Source of the DNA: Candidatus Fermentibacteraceae bacterium
GTDB taxonomy: Bacteria; Fermentibacterota; Fermentibacteria; Fermentibacterales; JCC-6
Length of the DNA: 64,000 bases
Assembly (NCBI GenBank): GCA_041750285.1
Contig: JBGSZS010000019.1
Location: 128,001 to 192,000, forward strand
Reading direction: 5' to 3'
The notes below the pieces were generated by a model, which saw only the letters and a program-made list of their open reading frames with translations, had not been told where the DNA came from and did no database searches. Numbering within the stretch: the stretch's first letter is position 1; each line of letters opens with the position of its first letter. A program made the position numbers and the translations under genes. Shown here piece by piece: positions 41,631 to 51,786 of the stretch.

Positions 41631-42765
41631 GCGCCACATCCTCCACGTCGACATGGACGCCTACTTCGCGTCCATCGAGCTCATGGGCCGTGAGGAGCTT
41701 CAGGGCAAACCGGTGATAGTGGGGGGCGACCCCGGCTTCCGGTCCGTTGTCACCTCCTGCACATACGAGGCCAGGGCACTGGGGGTTCACGCCGGCATGC
41801 CAATGGCAAGGGCCCTTCGTCTTGCCCCCGGCGCCGTGGTGCTCCAGGGAAGCTTCGGGCGCTACCAGACCTACACCGAAAGGATACTCAGGGTCCTTCT
41901 GGGTTTCACGCCTTTCGTGCACGCCGCAAGCATCGACGAGGCCTTCATGGATGTCACCGGGCTTCCCGGAGGGATCGAAGACAAGGGGCGCGAGGTTCAG
42001 AAGGCCGTTTACAGTGCCGTGGGGCTCTGGGCCAGCGTGGGGTGCGGCCCCAACAGGCTTCTGGCAAAGATGGCCTCCAAAAGGGCCAAGCCAAGGGGAG
42101 TTGCCCTTCTCGAACCGGACGGCATGCCACCGCTCTCCGTTTCAGCAATATGGGGCGTTGGCCCCGAGACTTCGGCCAGGCTCTGCGCCCTCGGGGTGGA
42201 TACCATAGGCAAACTCCGAGACCTCTCCCGCGGGCAGCTGCGGGCTGTCCTGGGCGTTCACGGCGAAGAGCTCTACCTGCAGGCCAGGGGCCACGACGAC
42301 AGGCCGGTGCTGCCCTTCGGCCACAGCGACCCCCCGAAATCGATCGGACACGAGCACACCTTCTCCCGGGATGTGCTGACCCCCGACGAGTACCTTCCGG
42401 CCCTTGCCCGGTTATGCCAGAAGACGGCCAGGCGAGCCCGCGATTCCGGTTTCCGCGGGCGCACCCTCACCCTGAAGTACCGCCTCCGCAACCTCAAGCG
42501 CCTTTCTGTCAGAAGGCCCATGCCCTTCGCAAGCAACCAGGACCAGACATTTTTCCGCATCGCCAGGGAGATGGCACTTTCGGCGGTCGATTCACCGATC
42601 CGCCTCATCGGGGTCTCGATATCCGATCTCGAACCCTCCGACCAGTCGCAGCTCACATTCATGCCCGAGGGCACCGAAGCACTGAACCTCGCCGCCGACC
42701 TGGTCCGCAACCGTTACGGCGAAAGGGTCATCTCCAGCGCCAGGGCCCTATATTCTCCCCTGTAG
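41608..42765 (+). CDS. dinB: DNA polymerase IV (Y-family)
   Basis: HVDMDAYFAS, YEARALGVHAGMP, SIDEAFMD, LAKMAS...KP.G, KSIGHEHTF, IRLIGV. Confidence 0.93.
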   Translation: MHTPPAPERHILHVDMDAYFASIELMGREELQGKPVIVGGDPGFRSVVTSCTYEARALGVHAGMPMARALRLAPGAVVLQGSFGRYQTYTERILRVLLGFTPFVHAASIDEAFMDVTGLPGGIEDKGREVQKAVYSAVGLWASVGCGPNRLLAKMASKRAKPRGVALLEPDGMPPLSVSAIWGVGPETSARLCALGVDTIGKLRDLSRGQLRAVLGVHGEELYLQARGHDDRPVLPFGHSDPPKSIGHEHTFSRDVLTPDEYLPALARLCQKTARRARDSGFRGRTLTLKYRLRNLKRLSVRRPMPFASNQDQTFFRIAREMALSAVDSPIRLIGVSISDLEPSDQSQLTFMPEGTEALNLAADLVRNRYGERVISSARALYSPL

Positions 42766-42778
42766 GAGGGGCCGCCCG

Positions 42779-43585
42779 ATGGATCTTTTTGAACAGGCCG
42801 ACATCAGATGCGGGAGCGTCAGGCTGGGGACCTCGGGCTTCTCATTCCCGGACTGGTCAGGTGTGTTCTACCCCAAGGGGCTTTCCCGCAAAGGCTGGCT
42901 TTCATTCTACGCCGGAAGGTTCAACGCGCTGGAGCTCAACGCCAGCTACTACCGGATACTTCCGCCTTCAGCAACGGCCGCAATGGCCGATTCGGTGCCT
43001 CCGGGCTTCGTCTTCTGCGTGAAGCTCAATTCCGCCATGACCCACGAAAGGAACGCCGGCGATGCCCAGTGGAAGGCGTTCGATGAGATGATCGCCCCCC
43101 TTGGGGCCGCGGGCTGCCTCGGCCCGGTCCTGGCGCAGTTTCCCTGGGCACTTCCCCTTTCCGAAAACAGCTTTCAAACACTTGCAGGGATCAGGGAGAG
43201 GCTCGGCGACCTTCCGGCGGTGGCCGAATTCCGCCACGAACGCTGGTACTCCCGCGATGCCCTTCAGCGTGTCGTGGAGACGGGTTTTTCACCGGTGGCG
43301 GTTGACCTGCCCGACCTTCCCGGGCTTCCCAGCCCCGACCTGACCGTGAAAGGACCGATTCACTACGCCAGGCTTCACGGGCGGAACGGCGGGAAATGGT
43401 GGGGAGGGGGTGCCCTGCGGTACGATTACGCCTACACCCCGGCGGAACTGCTGGAGTGGGGGAAGAGAATCAGGGCAATGGCAGGGGGAGGAAGGGGCGC
43501 TTATGTTTTCTTCAACAACTGCCACATGGGCCGGGCCGCCCTTGATGCCCGGACCATGGGAAGGATACTCGAGGAGCTGCAATGA
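42779..43585 (+). CDS. DUF72 (YecE-like) protein
   Basis: GTSGFSFPDW.G.FYP, ELNASYY, LAQFP, EFRH, YARLHGRN, YDYAY, YVFFNN. Confidence 0.9.
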   Translation: MDLFEQADIRCGSVRLGTSGFSFPDWSGVFYPKGLSRKGWLSFYAGRFNALELNASYYRILPPSATAAMADSVPPGFVFCVKLNSAMTHERNAGDAQWKAFDEMIAPLGAAGCLGPVLAQFPWALPLSENSFQTLAGIRERLGDLPAVAEFRHERWYSRDALQRVVETGFSPVAVDLPDLPGLPSPDLTVKGPIHYARLHGRNGGKWWGGGALRYDYAYTPAELLEWGKRIRAMAGGGRGAYVFFNNCHMGRAALDARTMGRILEELQ

Positions 43586-44526
43586 AAAGGCTTTTCCCCA
43601 TTTCAGCCGGGCTTGCGGTCCTTGCCGGCTGCGGTACAACGTCGCCGTCGTTCGTCATCGATTTTCCGCTGAATTACCTCATGGATGTGGATGCGGGTGA
43701 GTCGGTCTCCCATTGCTGTTTTCTGGGGGGATCGGGAGACGCCCTGGCAGCTGCGGGCGAAGCGCTGTACTTCCTCGACCGCGAGGCCGGGTATGTGAGG
43801 GCCCAGGTCGATCTCGGGGCGTCGGTGTCGCACATCGCCTCCAGTCCCGACGGCGGCTACGGTCTGGCCCTCACGGGTTCGGTCCTGCGCATCGTAAGCA
43901 ACGACACCTACGTACAGAAAACCCCGGTTGACCTGCCCTCCCATGGCGCCTTCATCCTTCCCAAACCACAGTCCACACAGATTGCCGTTCTCTGTTCGGA
44001 CGGAACCGCACTCAAGTTGAGCACAGCGACATGGGAGATTACCGGCCAGGCCTCGACGGGTGTCCACAACCCCACGGCCGCGGCAGTAAGCTCCGACGGC
44101 CGCTACATATTCGCCGCCGACGGCCAGGGAAGGGTTTACAGGGTATCGCTCGTGGATCTTTCAGCAGAGATGAAGTTCGAGGCACCCGGAACGGTGACCG
44201 ACATCTGGCCCGGCCCCGGTCAGGAGCTTTTCATGACCGTTCAGGACGTGTCGCAGGTGTGGGTGATTGATGTCGACACGGGTCTTCATTCCGGCAGCTT
44301 CGACATCCCCGCCCCCGGGGTCTCGGTGTGCGCCACCGGCGACGGGATGTACGTTTACGCAGCCGTCACGGGTTATGGGATTGTGGTCGTCAACACGCTG
44401 GAGAACATCATCGAAGCCCAGGCCGGAGCCTATGGGGTTCCCGTCGACATGGCCGTGAACACGGCCTCGACCAGGGCGGTCATAGCGTGCCCCGACACCG
44501 GAAAGCTCTTCATGCTTCAGCGATAG
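43582..44526 (+). CDS. YncE/YVTN-like beta-propeller lipoprotein
   Basis: Lipobox VLAGC; SPDG/SSDGRYIF/DGMYVY blade repeats. Confidence 0.7.
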   Translation: MKRLFPISAGLAVLAGCGTTSPSFVIDFPLNYLMDVDAGESVSHCCFLGGSGDALAAAGEALYFLDREAGYVRAQVDLGASVSHIASSPDGGYGLALTGSVLRIVSNDTYVQKTPVDLPSHGAFILPKPQSTQIAVLCSDGTALKLSTATWEITGQASTGVHNPTAAAVSSDGRYIFAADGQGRVYRVSLVDLSAEMKFEAPGTVTDIWPGPGQELFMTVQDVSQVWVIDVDTGLHSGSFDIPAPGVSVCATGDGMYVYAAVTGYGIVVVNTLENIIEAQAGAYGVPVDMAVNTASTRAVIACPDTGKLFMLQR

Positions 44527-45374
44527 GACCCGAAACTGCTGTAGGCGTTCCAGAGCCAGTTCCCGAAAAAGAGTGCGACAGCCCCCCCGACCGCCATGAA
44601 CGGGCCGAAGGGGATGGGTCTTGTCCTTCTGCCCCCCCTTATCAGAACGGCCACTCCGTAAAGGGCTCCGGTCAGGAAGGACAAAAAAAGCCCGGCGACT
44701 GCTGAACCCGGGCCAAGAAAGGCCCCAAGGCATGCCGCCAGTTTTACGTCGCCCCAGCCCAGACCGGACTGGAAATCCTCCTCCTCTTCCTCGAAACCCT
44801 CGGGGGCTTCGACCCTGACGTTCCTGGACCTCAGGTACGCCACGGAGAACGCCCTGATGAGAAGAAAGAAAAGAAAAGCTCCCCCGGCCGCGAGAAGGGC
44901 GGGAACGAAGCCCGGCGCTCCGGGCAGGAACGACAGCCCCAGGCCGGCAACGGTTCCCCCGACAGACACCGAATCGAGGATAAGGAAGTGCTCGAGGTCG
45001 GTTCTCAGCGCAACGACCATCAGGGAGAGGAAAACGGCGTGGTGGAGGAAAAGGGGGGACATTCCCGTCCTCAGGCCGGCCGCCAGGAAGAGCAGCCCTG
45101 TCGAAAGCTCCACCACGGGGTAGAGAACCGATATCGGAGCCCCGCATGAACGGCACCTGCCCCGAAGGATGATCCAGCCGAGCACGGGAACATTGTCCCG
45201 CGGGGAGATGGGGGTACCGCATGACGGGCAGGCGCTTCCCGGCCTTACGATGGACTTTCCAAGCGGGACCCTCCATGCCACAACGTTCAGGAAACTGCCC
45301 ACTGCGAGGCCGAACATGCCTGCGAACAGAAGGAAAACCGGTGTGAATGAATCAGTCAACAATATGTCTCCCAT
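44517..45374 (-). CDS. pilD: Prepilin peptidase (A24)
   Basis: GSFLNVVAWRVP, SACPSC, DNVPVLGW...GRCRSC, YPVVE, TDLE, GWGDVKL, IPFGPF. Confidence 0.92.
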   Translation of the reverse strand: MGDILLTDSFTPVFLLFAGMFGLAVGSFLNVVAWRVPLGKSIVRPGSACPSCGTPISPRDNVPVLGWIILRGRCRSCGAPISVLYPVVELSTGLLFLAAGLRTGMSPLFLHHAVFLSLMVVALRTDLEHFLILDSVSVGGTVAGLGLSFLPGAPGFVPALLAAGGAFLFFLLIRAFSVAYLRSRNVRVEAPEGFEEEEEDFQSGLGWGDVKLAACLGAFLGPGSAVAGLFLSFLTGALYGVAVLIRGGRRTRPIPFGPFMAVGGAVALFFGNWLWNAYSSFGSYR

Positions 45375-45393
45375 TGGAATGAGCGTATTCGAC

Positions 45394-45423
45394 TTGCAGA
45401 TGCCGGATCGAACCGTATATAAT
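45394..45423 (+). promoter_or_regulatory. Putative sigma70 promoter of the porin gene
   Basis: TTGCAG-N18-TATAAT. Confidence 0.45.
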
Positions 45424-45479
45424 CCCGACGTTCCTTCGCCGGAAGACCGGCAATCAACGCAAAGAAGGGGTTTAAAAGA

Positions 45480-46541
45480 ATGAAGACACTCGTTGTCGTT
45501 ATGCTTCTCAGTGCGCTGGCCTTCGCTGCCGGCGAGTTCTCCACCGGGGGCTCCGAGCTCCTCAAGTTCAAGGGAACCGGCAGCTTCAGGTGGGATTTCT
45601 ACGGGGAAGAGGGCGCCGACCCGGGCAACAACATGAGCTCCTGCGCCATCATCGACTGGCTTCCCAGGCTCAACGACTACGTCGACGGCCAGTTCAGCAT
45701 CGAGCTCTACAGCAACAGCGGCAACATCAAGCTCACCGACCTTTTCCTCAACCTCCACCTCACCGAAGACATCGCCCTTCGCGGCGGCCAGTTCAAGGTT
45801 CCCTTCGGCTACGCCAACACTCTCTCCAGCAGCACAATGCCCTTCGGCAGCAGGGCCATGGTCGTGGGCGAGGACTCCTTCAAGGTCTACGGCGGCCGTG
45901 ACATCGGCGCATGCCTCATGGCCGGCTTCGACATGATCAACATCGACCTTGCCTTCACCAACGGCACCGGCGACAACACCATGGCCGACACCACCATCAG
46001 CAACCAGTTCACCGCCAGGGTCGTTGCAGACGCCGCGGAATGGCTCAAGATCGGCGCTTCCGTTGCAATGGTGGGCCAGCCCGAGATCGTTATCGTTGAA
46101 GACACCACCACCATCGACAGCTGGAGCAGCATGGGCATCGATGCCTACGCGGCGGTCGACTACCCCGTCACCGAAACAGTCGACCTCCACTTCGCCGGCG
46201 AGTTCATGCAGCTCGGTTACGCCGGTGTCGAGATCGAGGGCCTCGACCAGATCGACGGCAGCGCGATGCTCTTCACGCTTGCCGCAAACTTCGAGACCGG
46301 CGCCGAGTTCGTGCAGGCCGTGCGTCCCGCCGTCCGCTACGAGACCTTCAGCCCCATGACCTACACCATCGAGGGCGAGGACGAAGCCGAAGACAACAAG
46401 ACCGCCATCGACTTCTGCGTGAACCTCGACCTCTTCAGCGCCGCCAACACCCTTCAGCTCGGCGCCCGCAACTACGGCTTCGAGGATGAGAACATCGACG
46501 GTTACACCGACATCTACGCCAACTGGAGAATGAACTTCTAG
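45480..46541 (+). CDS. Outer-membrane porin (OprO/P-like)
   Basis: Signal peptide; GQFKVPFG, GRDIG, AFTNG.G, RYE motifs; C-terminal Phe; strong C-ending codon bias. Confidence 0.78.
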   Translation: MKTLVVVMLLSALAFAAGEFSTGGSELLKFKGTGSFRWDFYGEEGADPGNNMSSCAIIDWLPRLNDYVDGQFSIELYSNSGNIKLTDLFLNLHLTEDIALRGGQFKVPFGYANTLSSSTMPFGSRAMVVGEDSFKVYGGRDIGACLMAGFDMINIDLAFTNGTGDNTMADTTISNQFTARVVADAAEWLKIGASVAMVGQPEIVIVEDTTTIDSWSSMGIDAYAAVDYPVTETVDLHFAGEFMQLGYAGVEIEGLDQIDGSAMLFTLAANFETGAEFVQAVRPAVRYETFSPMTYTIEGEDEAEDNKTAIDFCVNLDLFSAANTLQLGARNYGFEDENIDGYTDIYANWRMNF

Positions 46542-46557
46542 TTCGGCCCGATCCCAC

Positions 46558-46591
46558 AGGGGGGCGCCTTCCGGCGCCCCCTTCATTTTTT
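46558..46591 (+). terminator. Rho-independent terminator of the porin gene
   Basis: GGGGGCGCC-TTCC-GGCGCCCCC hairpin followed by TTCATTTTTT. Confidence 0.8.
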
Positions 46592-46616
46592 CAGCAGCAC
46601 ATTGTTTCGCTTTTAG

Positions 46617-48164
46617 CTATCGGGCAAGAACGACTCTGAGTGGCGCCTGCAAAGGCTCATCAGGGAAGACGATCGTATACAGTCCGTTTGGCATTGACTG
46701 CATGTTAAGCTGGAACCGCTCGCCACCCCGCAGGCATCCGCCTGTCACTGCTCTGCCGGATACGTCGAAGACCAGGAACCCTGCATCTTCCCCCGGCAGG
46801 TTTCGATAGATTGACAGGGAACCGGAACATGGGTTGGGGTACACACTGATACTGCCGATAGGGCGCGCCGGGTCTTCAATACCGGTTGGCCCCAGCGGTT
46901 CAGCAAGGGTTGCAATAAGACCCACTGAGGCGCGAACCATGTCGGTACCATAAGGAAAGCTGGGCATGTAGTTTGCTAAAATATCACTGGACTGGTGATA
47001 GTACGGATTGTATCCACCCCAGATCTCTTCAGCGCTGCCCTCTGCGATCTCGGTTGCAGTGTAGCCGTACTGCCAGAACGAAGCATGGTCGCTGGGCGCG
47101 CCGGGATCATAGACAACCCGTGGGTGGATCGAAGGTGCATGTTCTTCAAACATCTGACCGGCCAGTAGGGCAAACGCCTGGGACTGGATATTGTATGGAA
47201 TGTAGACGGAATCTTCCGGATTGGGCGCGTAAAGGATCATGTCGAGGTTCGCCGCGCCCAGGATATTGTCACCCTGCTGATATGCCTGAAGGACATAGTA
47301 TTCGCTGCCAACCATCCAGGCTTCCTCGGCGGCGAAGAGAACGAATCTGATGGTGTTTCTGAACGAATAGGGAGCCATGATCCTGGCTGCCTCCAGCACG
47401 GCGGCGCTGCCGCTTGCATTGTCATCAGCTCCCGGCGCCACTTCCGGATTGCTCGAGTAGGAATCCAGGTGGCCACAGATGATGTAGATCTGATCAGGGT
47501 TCTCGACGCCGACGATCTCCCCCACAACATTGCTCATCGAATCACCGTTGTATTCAAAGGTCTGCAATTCGCACTGAACGCCGTAGGACTCCATCATCGT
47601 GTCTGCCCAATCGGCGCACGCATCGTACTCGGGGCTGGAGAGATACCTGGTTCCATAGCCCTGCATGTGCTCGACAAGCGCTGTAATGTTGTCCTGGCTT
47701 ACGGCATCCACGATCTGCCCGACCATGACGCTGTCAGCCCGGGACCTGTTCACGGTTTCCATCCCGTTCCGTCTGTGGAGCGGCCGCAGGGGCCTGAGAA
47801 AGCCGATACCGGGTATCATGACCGGCCCCGGGGTCGGTTCCAAAAGACGGATGAGAGTGAATCTCTCTGTTACCAGCACCGGGTCGCCAGGAAGACGTGG
47901 CATGTTTCCCCGGTACTGTGCGTTATAGATAACCCTGAAACGGTCGAGATCAACGGGGTGAGGCTCAACTACGACGCAATCAATCCCGTCCGGAGCAGCA
48001 CCCCCGGTAAGGGCAAGAAAGCAGTCGGTTTCCGCAAGGACCACTGTCAGACCAGCCATCCAGGGCATTGCTTCAACCGTTCGCAGGTCGCTACCAATGA
48101 ATACAAGGCTCTCATGCCCTGAAAGATGAAACGAACTCAATAATATAATCAGTATGCCTGACAA
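46617..48164 (-). CDS. M28 family aminopeptidase with T9SS type-A-like CTD
   Basis: CGHLDS, GADDNASG, AEEA, SDHASF, YHQ..D; C-terminal VYPNP...FDVSGR...GLY...RVVLAR; AGGAGG RBS + TTG. Confidence 0.85.
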   Translation of the reverse strand: MSGILIILLSSFHLSGHESLVFIGSDLRTVEAMPWMAGLTVVLAETDCFLALTGGAAPDGIDCVVVEPHPVDLDRFRVIYNAQYRGNMPRLPGDPVLVTERFTLIRLLEPTPGPVMIPGIGFLRPLRPLHRRNGMETVNRSRADSVMVGQIVDAVSQDNITALVEHMQGYGTRYLSSPEYDACADWADTMMESYGVQCELQTFEYNGDSMSNVVGEIVGVENPDQIYIICGHLDSYSSNPEVAPGADDNASGSAAVLEAARIMAPYSFRNTIRFVLFAAEEAWMVGSEYYVLQAYQQGDNILGAANLDMILYAPNPEDSVYIPYNIQSQAFALLAGQMFEEHAPSIHPRVVYDPGAPSDHASFWQYGYTATEIAEGSAEEIWGGYNPYYHQSSDILANYMPSFPYGTDMVRASVGLIATLAEPLGPTGIEDPARPIGSISVYPNPCSGSLSIYRNLPGEDAGFLVFDVSGRAVTGGCLRGGERFQLNMQSMPNGLYTIVFPDEPLQAPLRVVLAR

Positions 48165-48280
48165 ATTAACAACCTCCTGTCATTCAAGCCATTGTTGAAA
48201 CACACCAAGCACTTCAGCCAATCTCTATCATGATGCGAAGTCAAAAGTTTCGGGAGCGCGGGCGTTTTCAACACCCGTCT

Positions 48281-48886
48281 CTATTGGAACAGGACCTTGA
48301 TTCCCCCCCACGAGTTCCGTTCGAGCGCCACGATGTCGCTGAGTATCATGAACAGTTCGTATGGCGTGCCCCATGTGTTTGTGGAGGAGGTCCAGGTGGC
48401 TCCGTCATCGGAGCTGAAGTAGCACTGGTCCGCCCAGCACTGGTTGGCGCAGAGGCAGTAGGAGGTGTAGACGCCTTCGGTTTGAAGGCAAACCCAGTAT
48501 TTCGTGCCGGCATTGGCTGTGAAGGTTACCCCGGGGGATATCTCGGTGTACCAGAGAGAATAGCCCCATGAGAAGAGGCCGGTGTTGATATGGGAGACTT
48601 CTGATGTGGTTAAATCCGTGAGGATCGAACCGGGTCCGGAAGCATCGGAACGCATCTGGATCCTTATGTTCGTGGGGTTGCCCCCGCTGTAGATGGCCCA
48701 TATCTCGTAGCAGTTGATGTTGCCCTGATCGACCGGCGTGAAGTCTTCAGCCAGCATCCAGCCGTTGTTCCCTCCGAAACCCAGCCCCTGGGCGAGATTG
48801 ACGTACAGGAAGGGCTGGGAACAGATCACATCGCAGTAATCCGGAGAGAGAAGGCCAGACAAAAGAACAAAAGCGAGAGCTGTCAT
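48281..48886 (-). CDS. Secreted hypothetical beta-sandwich protein with C-terminal SWGxIK tail
   Basis: AAGGGG RBS + ATG 48886, signal peptide; AEDF...GP....G.KYW....S.D.G.TW pattern; ends ALERNSWGGIKVLFQ. Confidence 0.7.
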   Translation of the reverse strand: MTALAFVLLSGLLSPDYCDVICSQPFLYVNLAQGLGFGGNNGWMLAEDFTPVDQGNINCYEIWAIYSGGNPTNIRIQMRSDASGPGSILTDLTTSEVSHINTGLFSWGYSLWYTEISPGVTFTANAGTKYWVCLQTEGVYTSYCLCANQCWADQCYFSSDDGATWTSSTNTWGTPYELFMILSDIVALERNSWGGIKVLFQ

Positions 48887-49095
48887 CGCTGCGACCCCTT
48901 TCCCGTTCAGAAAGAAAGCAACCCGTTTCAATATATAATATCGACCAGCCATGACAAGATAGATATATAGTAGTATATCAAGATAAATAGTATATGTATA
49001 TACCGGGGTAAGAAAAGACCTCCCCTTTCCCTGCCCGAGCTTCATCTTCATAATTCGACAAAGGGCTATCCCGGAAGAGAAGAAGGGGGATTTTC

Positions 49096-50232
49096 GTGCA
49101 AGAGGACATCGCTAGGGAAGAACAGCAGGATGTGAACGCCGAACAGACCGGTTCGGTCGGGCAGGCACCCGCCGGAGGGGAACGCAGGTCGGCCTTTCAC
49201 GAGAAGGAGATAAGCTGCTCCAACTGCGGGGCGCCGCTTTCCTACATGGAGGGGGAAGCCCTCATCACCTGTTCCTACTGCGGAACAACGACCATGCTCG
49301 CGGGGCTGGACAACATCATCACGGTGGAGTCGCACTACATGCTGACCCCCGAACTGAACTCGGGCGCAGCCGGCACGGCCCTTCGCAAGTGGATGCAGAA
49401 GGGGTTCCACAAGCCCAAGGACCTGCCCGCCGCTGCAAGCATCGGCGACACCAAACCCCTTGTACTTCCCTATTGGATCGTTACCGCCAGGGCGACCACG
49501 AACTGGCGGGGCAAGGACAAGAAGACCCGTACGATCGGAACCGGCGACAACAAGAAGACCGAGACCTACTGGGAGCCCGTAAGCGGCCGGTTCAACGAGG
49601 ACTTCACATGGCCGGTGTACGCCAGGGAGAAGACCACCGAGTTCTGGGGGATAGATATGCTCGAACCCGGGAAGACCAGCATCCATCCGGACTGGGGCAG
49701 ATTCTTCCTGAAGCTCGGCGGCAGCTCCACTGCGCCAAACCGTAACCTTCTGGAAGGAACCGTGGGGTTCTCAATCGAAAAGATCCGCGATTCAGGCATG
49801 GAGAAGAACCTCGTGAACGGCCAGATCACCCAGGAAAGGGCCGAAGCGAACGCGAGGAGCCGCATCGTGAACCACCACGCAAAACAGGCTGAAAGCAAGG
49901 CCACAACGATCACCGACTGCGACACGGCGGTCGAGGTGGAGAAGGTCGACCTCGTCTACCTTCCGCTCTGGCTCATGGAGTACAGCTATGCAGGCAAGCG
50001 GTTCAAAGCCCTCGTGAACGCCTCGGGAGGCGAGGTGATGGCGGCCGAGTACCCCGTCGGCAAGCTTGCCCGAATCATCAATTTCGACATCCTGTTCCTG
50101 ATCATCGCAGCTGTGTTCGCATTCATGGGAAGCGGCGGTCAGACTTCCTGGGCGTGGGTTGCGGCGGGTGTTTTCGGGGGCTCGGCAGTTCTCTACACAG
50201 TCCTTCGAAGCATCAATCCGCTGAGGCTTTAG
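49096..50232 (+). CDS. Zinc-ribbon membrane-anchored protein
   Basis: CSNCGA...CSYCG; LPYW, YLPLW..Y.Y.GK....VNASGG motifs; two C-terminal TM helices. Confidence 0.7.
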   Translation: MQEDIAREEQQDVNAEQTGSVGQAPAGGERRSAFHEKEISCSNCGAPLSYMEGEALITCSYCGTTTMLAGLDNIITVESHYMLTPELNSGAAGTALRKWMQKGFHKPKDLPAAASIGDTKPLVLPYWIVTARATTNWRGKDKKTRTIGTGDNKKTETYWEPVSGRFNEDFTWPVYAREKTTEFWGIDMLEPGKTSIHPDWGRFFLKLGGSSTAPNRNLLEGTVGFSIEKIRDSGMEKNLVNGQITQERAEANARSRIVNHHAKQAESKATTITDCDTAVEVEKVDLVYLPLWLMEYSYAGKRFKALVNASGGEVMAAEYPVGKLARIINFDILFLIIAAVFAFMGSGGQTSWAWVAAGVFGGSAVLYTVLRSINPLRL

Positions 50233-50241
50233 GAGATCTCC

Positions 50242-51729
50242 TTGGGGTACGATGACAGGTTGTGCGCGTTCCTCCTGAACGCCATAGATGACATGGCGTT
50301 CCTCAAGGATGAGAACCTGCGGTACCTGTTCGTCAACAACGCGAATGCCGCCTTTTTCGGCAGAACACCCGGAGAAGTGACGGGCCTTACCGACGCCGAC
50401 CTCATGCCGCCGGAAAGCGCCCGTGCATGCCGGGAGAGCGATCTTTCCGCGCTTCGGTCGGGCAGCCTCGTGATAGGCGAGGAGAAGGCGGGCGACCGGA
50501 CCTTCGAAACCCGGAAGTTCCCCGTGCCGCTGGCCAACGGCACGACGGGAGTGGGGGGGTTCATAAGGGACACCTCCGACAGGAGCATGCTTCAGGCGCA
50601 GCTGCTGCAGGCCCGAAAGATGGAGGCCGTTGGAAGGCTTGCGGGAGGAGTTGCACACGACTTCAACAATCTTCTTTCGGTCGTGCTGGGCTACTGCGAA
50701 CTGCTCCTCGCGGAGGACGGCCTGTCGCAAAGGGTTGCGAGCGGCCTCGAGGCGATCCATGACGCGGGATGCAAGGCGCGTGACCTCACCCGGCAGCTTC
50801 TCGCCTTCAGCAGAAGGCAGGTCCTCGACATCAGGGTCATCGATCTGGGCAAGGTCCTGACCGGAATGGGAAGCATCCTGAAGCACACCCTCGGTGACGA
50901 CATAGTCATGGAGATCATTCTTCATCCGGAGCCGGTCCTGATCAATGCCGACAGCTCCCAGATCGAGCAGGTGATCCTGAACCTTGCCATAAACTCCCGT
51001 GATGCAATGCCCGAAGGGGGGATACTCACCATCGAGTCGGGCATTTCACGGGTGGGGTCACCACCGGGAAGCGACGGGGAGGCGGCTGACCGTGCCTTCA
51101 TAAGGGTCGGGGATCAGGGCGTTGGAATGGATGCCGAAACGCTGGGCAACATCTTCGAACCGTTCTTCACCACGAAAACCCAGGAGAGGGGAACCGGCCT
51201 CGGGCTCTCGACGGTCTACGGAATCGTCAAACAGCACGGGGGAACGATTTCTGTGGTCAGCCATCCGGGCCAGGGCTCGATATTCACCATCCACCTTCCC
51301 CTCTCGTCAGAAGCATTGCCCGATGCCGTCAATATCGATCCCCGAGGGAAAAACTCATCCATCCCCGCCACCATAATCGTCGTCGAGGATGAGCCCATAG
51401 TGAGAAGCCTTGCGGCATGCATCCTCGAAAGCAGCGGGTACAGGGTTCTCGTTCCCAAAAGCACCGAAGATGCTGTGATGCTCGCGAGGGATTACACGGA
51501 GCCGATAGACCTTGTCCTGACAGACATGGTCATGCCCGGAATGAAGGGTCCCGAGGTTTACAGGGCCGTCCTCGAGACACATCAGGAAGCCAGGGTTCTC
51601 TACATGTCGGGCTACGCCAGCGGGGTCATCTCGAGCCATGGCCTGCTGCCGGACGCGGTGAATTTCATAAGAAAACCCTTTTCCGTCACCGGTCTTCTGG
51701 AGAAGGTTGCCGAGGTTCTGAAGGTCTGA
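50242..51729 (+). CDS. PAS hybrid sensor histidine kinase / response regulator (CckA-like)
   Basis: PAS; GRLAGGVAHDFNN, NLAINSRDAM, D.G.GM, FEPFFTTK, GTGLGL; receiver TDMVMP, KPF. Confidence 0.92.
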   Translation: MGYDDRLCAFLLNAIDDMAFLKDENLRYLFVNNANAAFFGRTPGEVTGLTDADLMPPESARACRESDLSALRSGSLVIGEEKAGDRTFETRKFPVPLANGTTGVGGFIRDTSDRSMLQAQLLQARKMEAVGRLAGGVAHDFNNLLSVVLGYCELLLAEDGLSQRVASGLEAIHDAGCKARDLTRQLLAFSRRQVLDIRVIDLGKVLTGMGSILKHTLGDDIVMEIILHPEPVLINADSSQIEQVILNLAINSRDAMPEGGILTIESGISRVGSPPGSDGEAADRAFIRVGDQGVGMDAETLGNIFEPFFTTKTQERGTGLGLSTVYGIVKQHGGTISVVSHPGQGSIFTIHLPLSSEALPDAVNIDPRGKNSSIPATIIVVEDEPIVRSLAACILESSGYRVLVPKSTEDAVMLARDYTEPIDLVLTDMVMPGMKGPEVYRAVLETHQEARVLYMSGYASGVISSHGLLPDAVNFIRKPFSVTGLLEKVAEVLKV

Positions 51730-51786
51730 TGAACGGCCGGGCTTTTCTGTCCAATGCCTGACCGCAAGCCATAAAGGAAAGGTGCC

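Noticed and set aside
44517..46586. 689-aa minus-strand ORF as one protein
   Set aside because: Only the last ~285 codons are PilD; the rest is the antisense of the porin gene.
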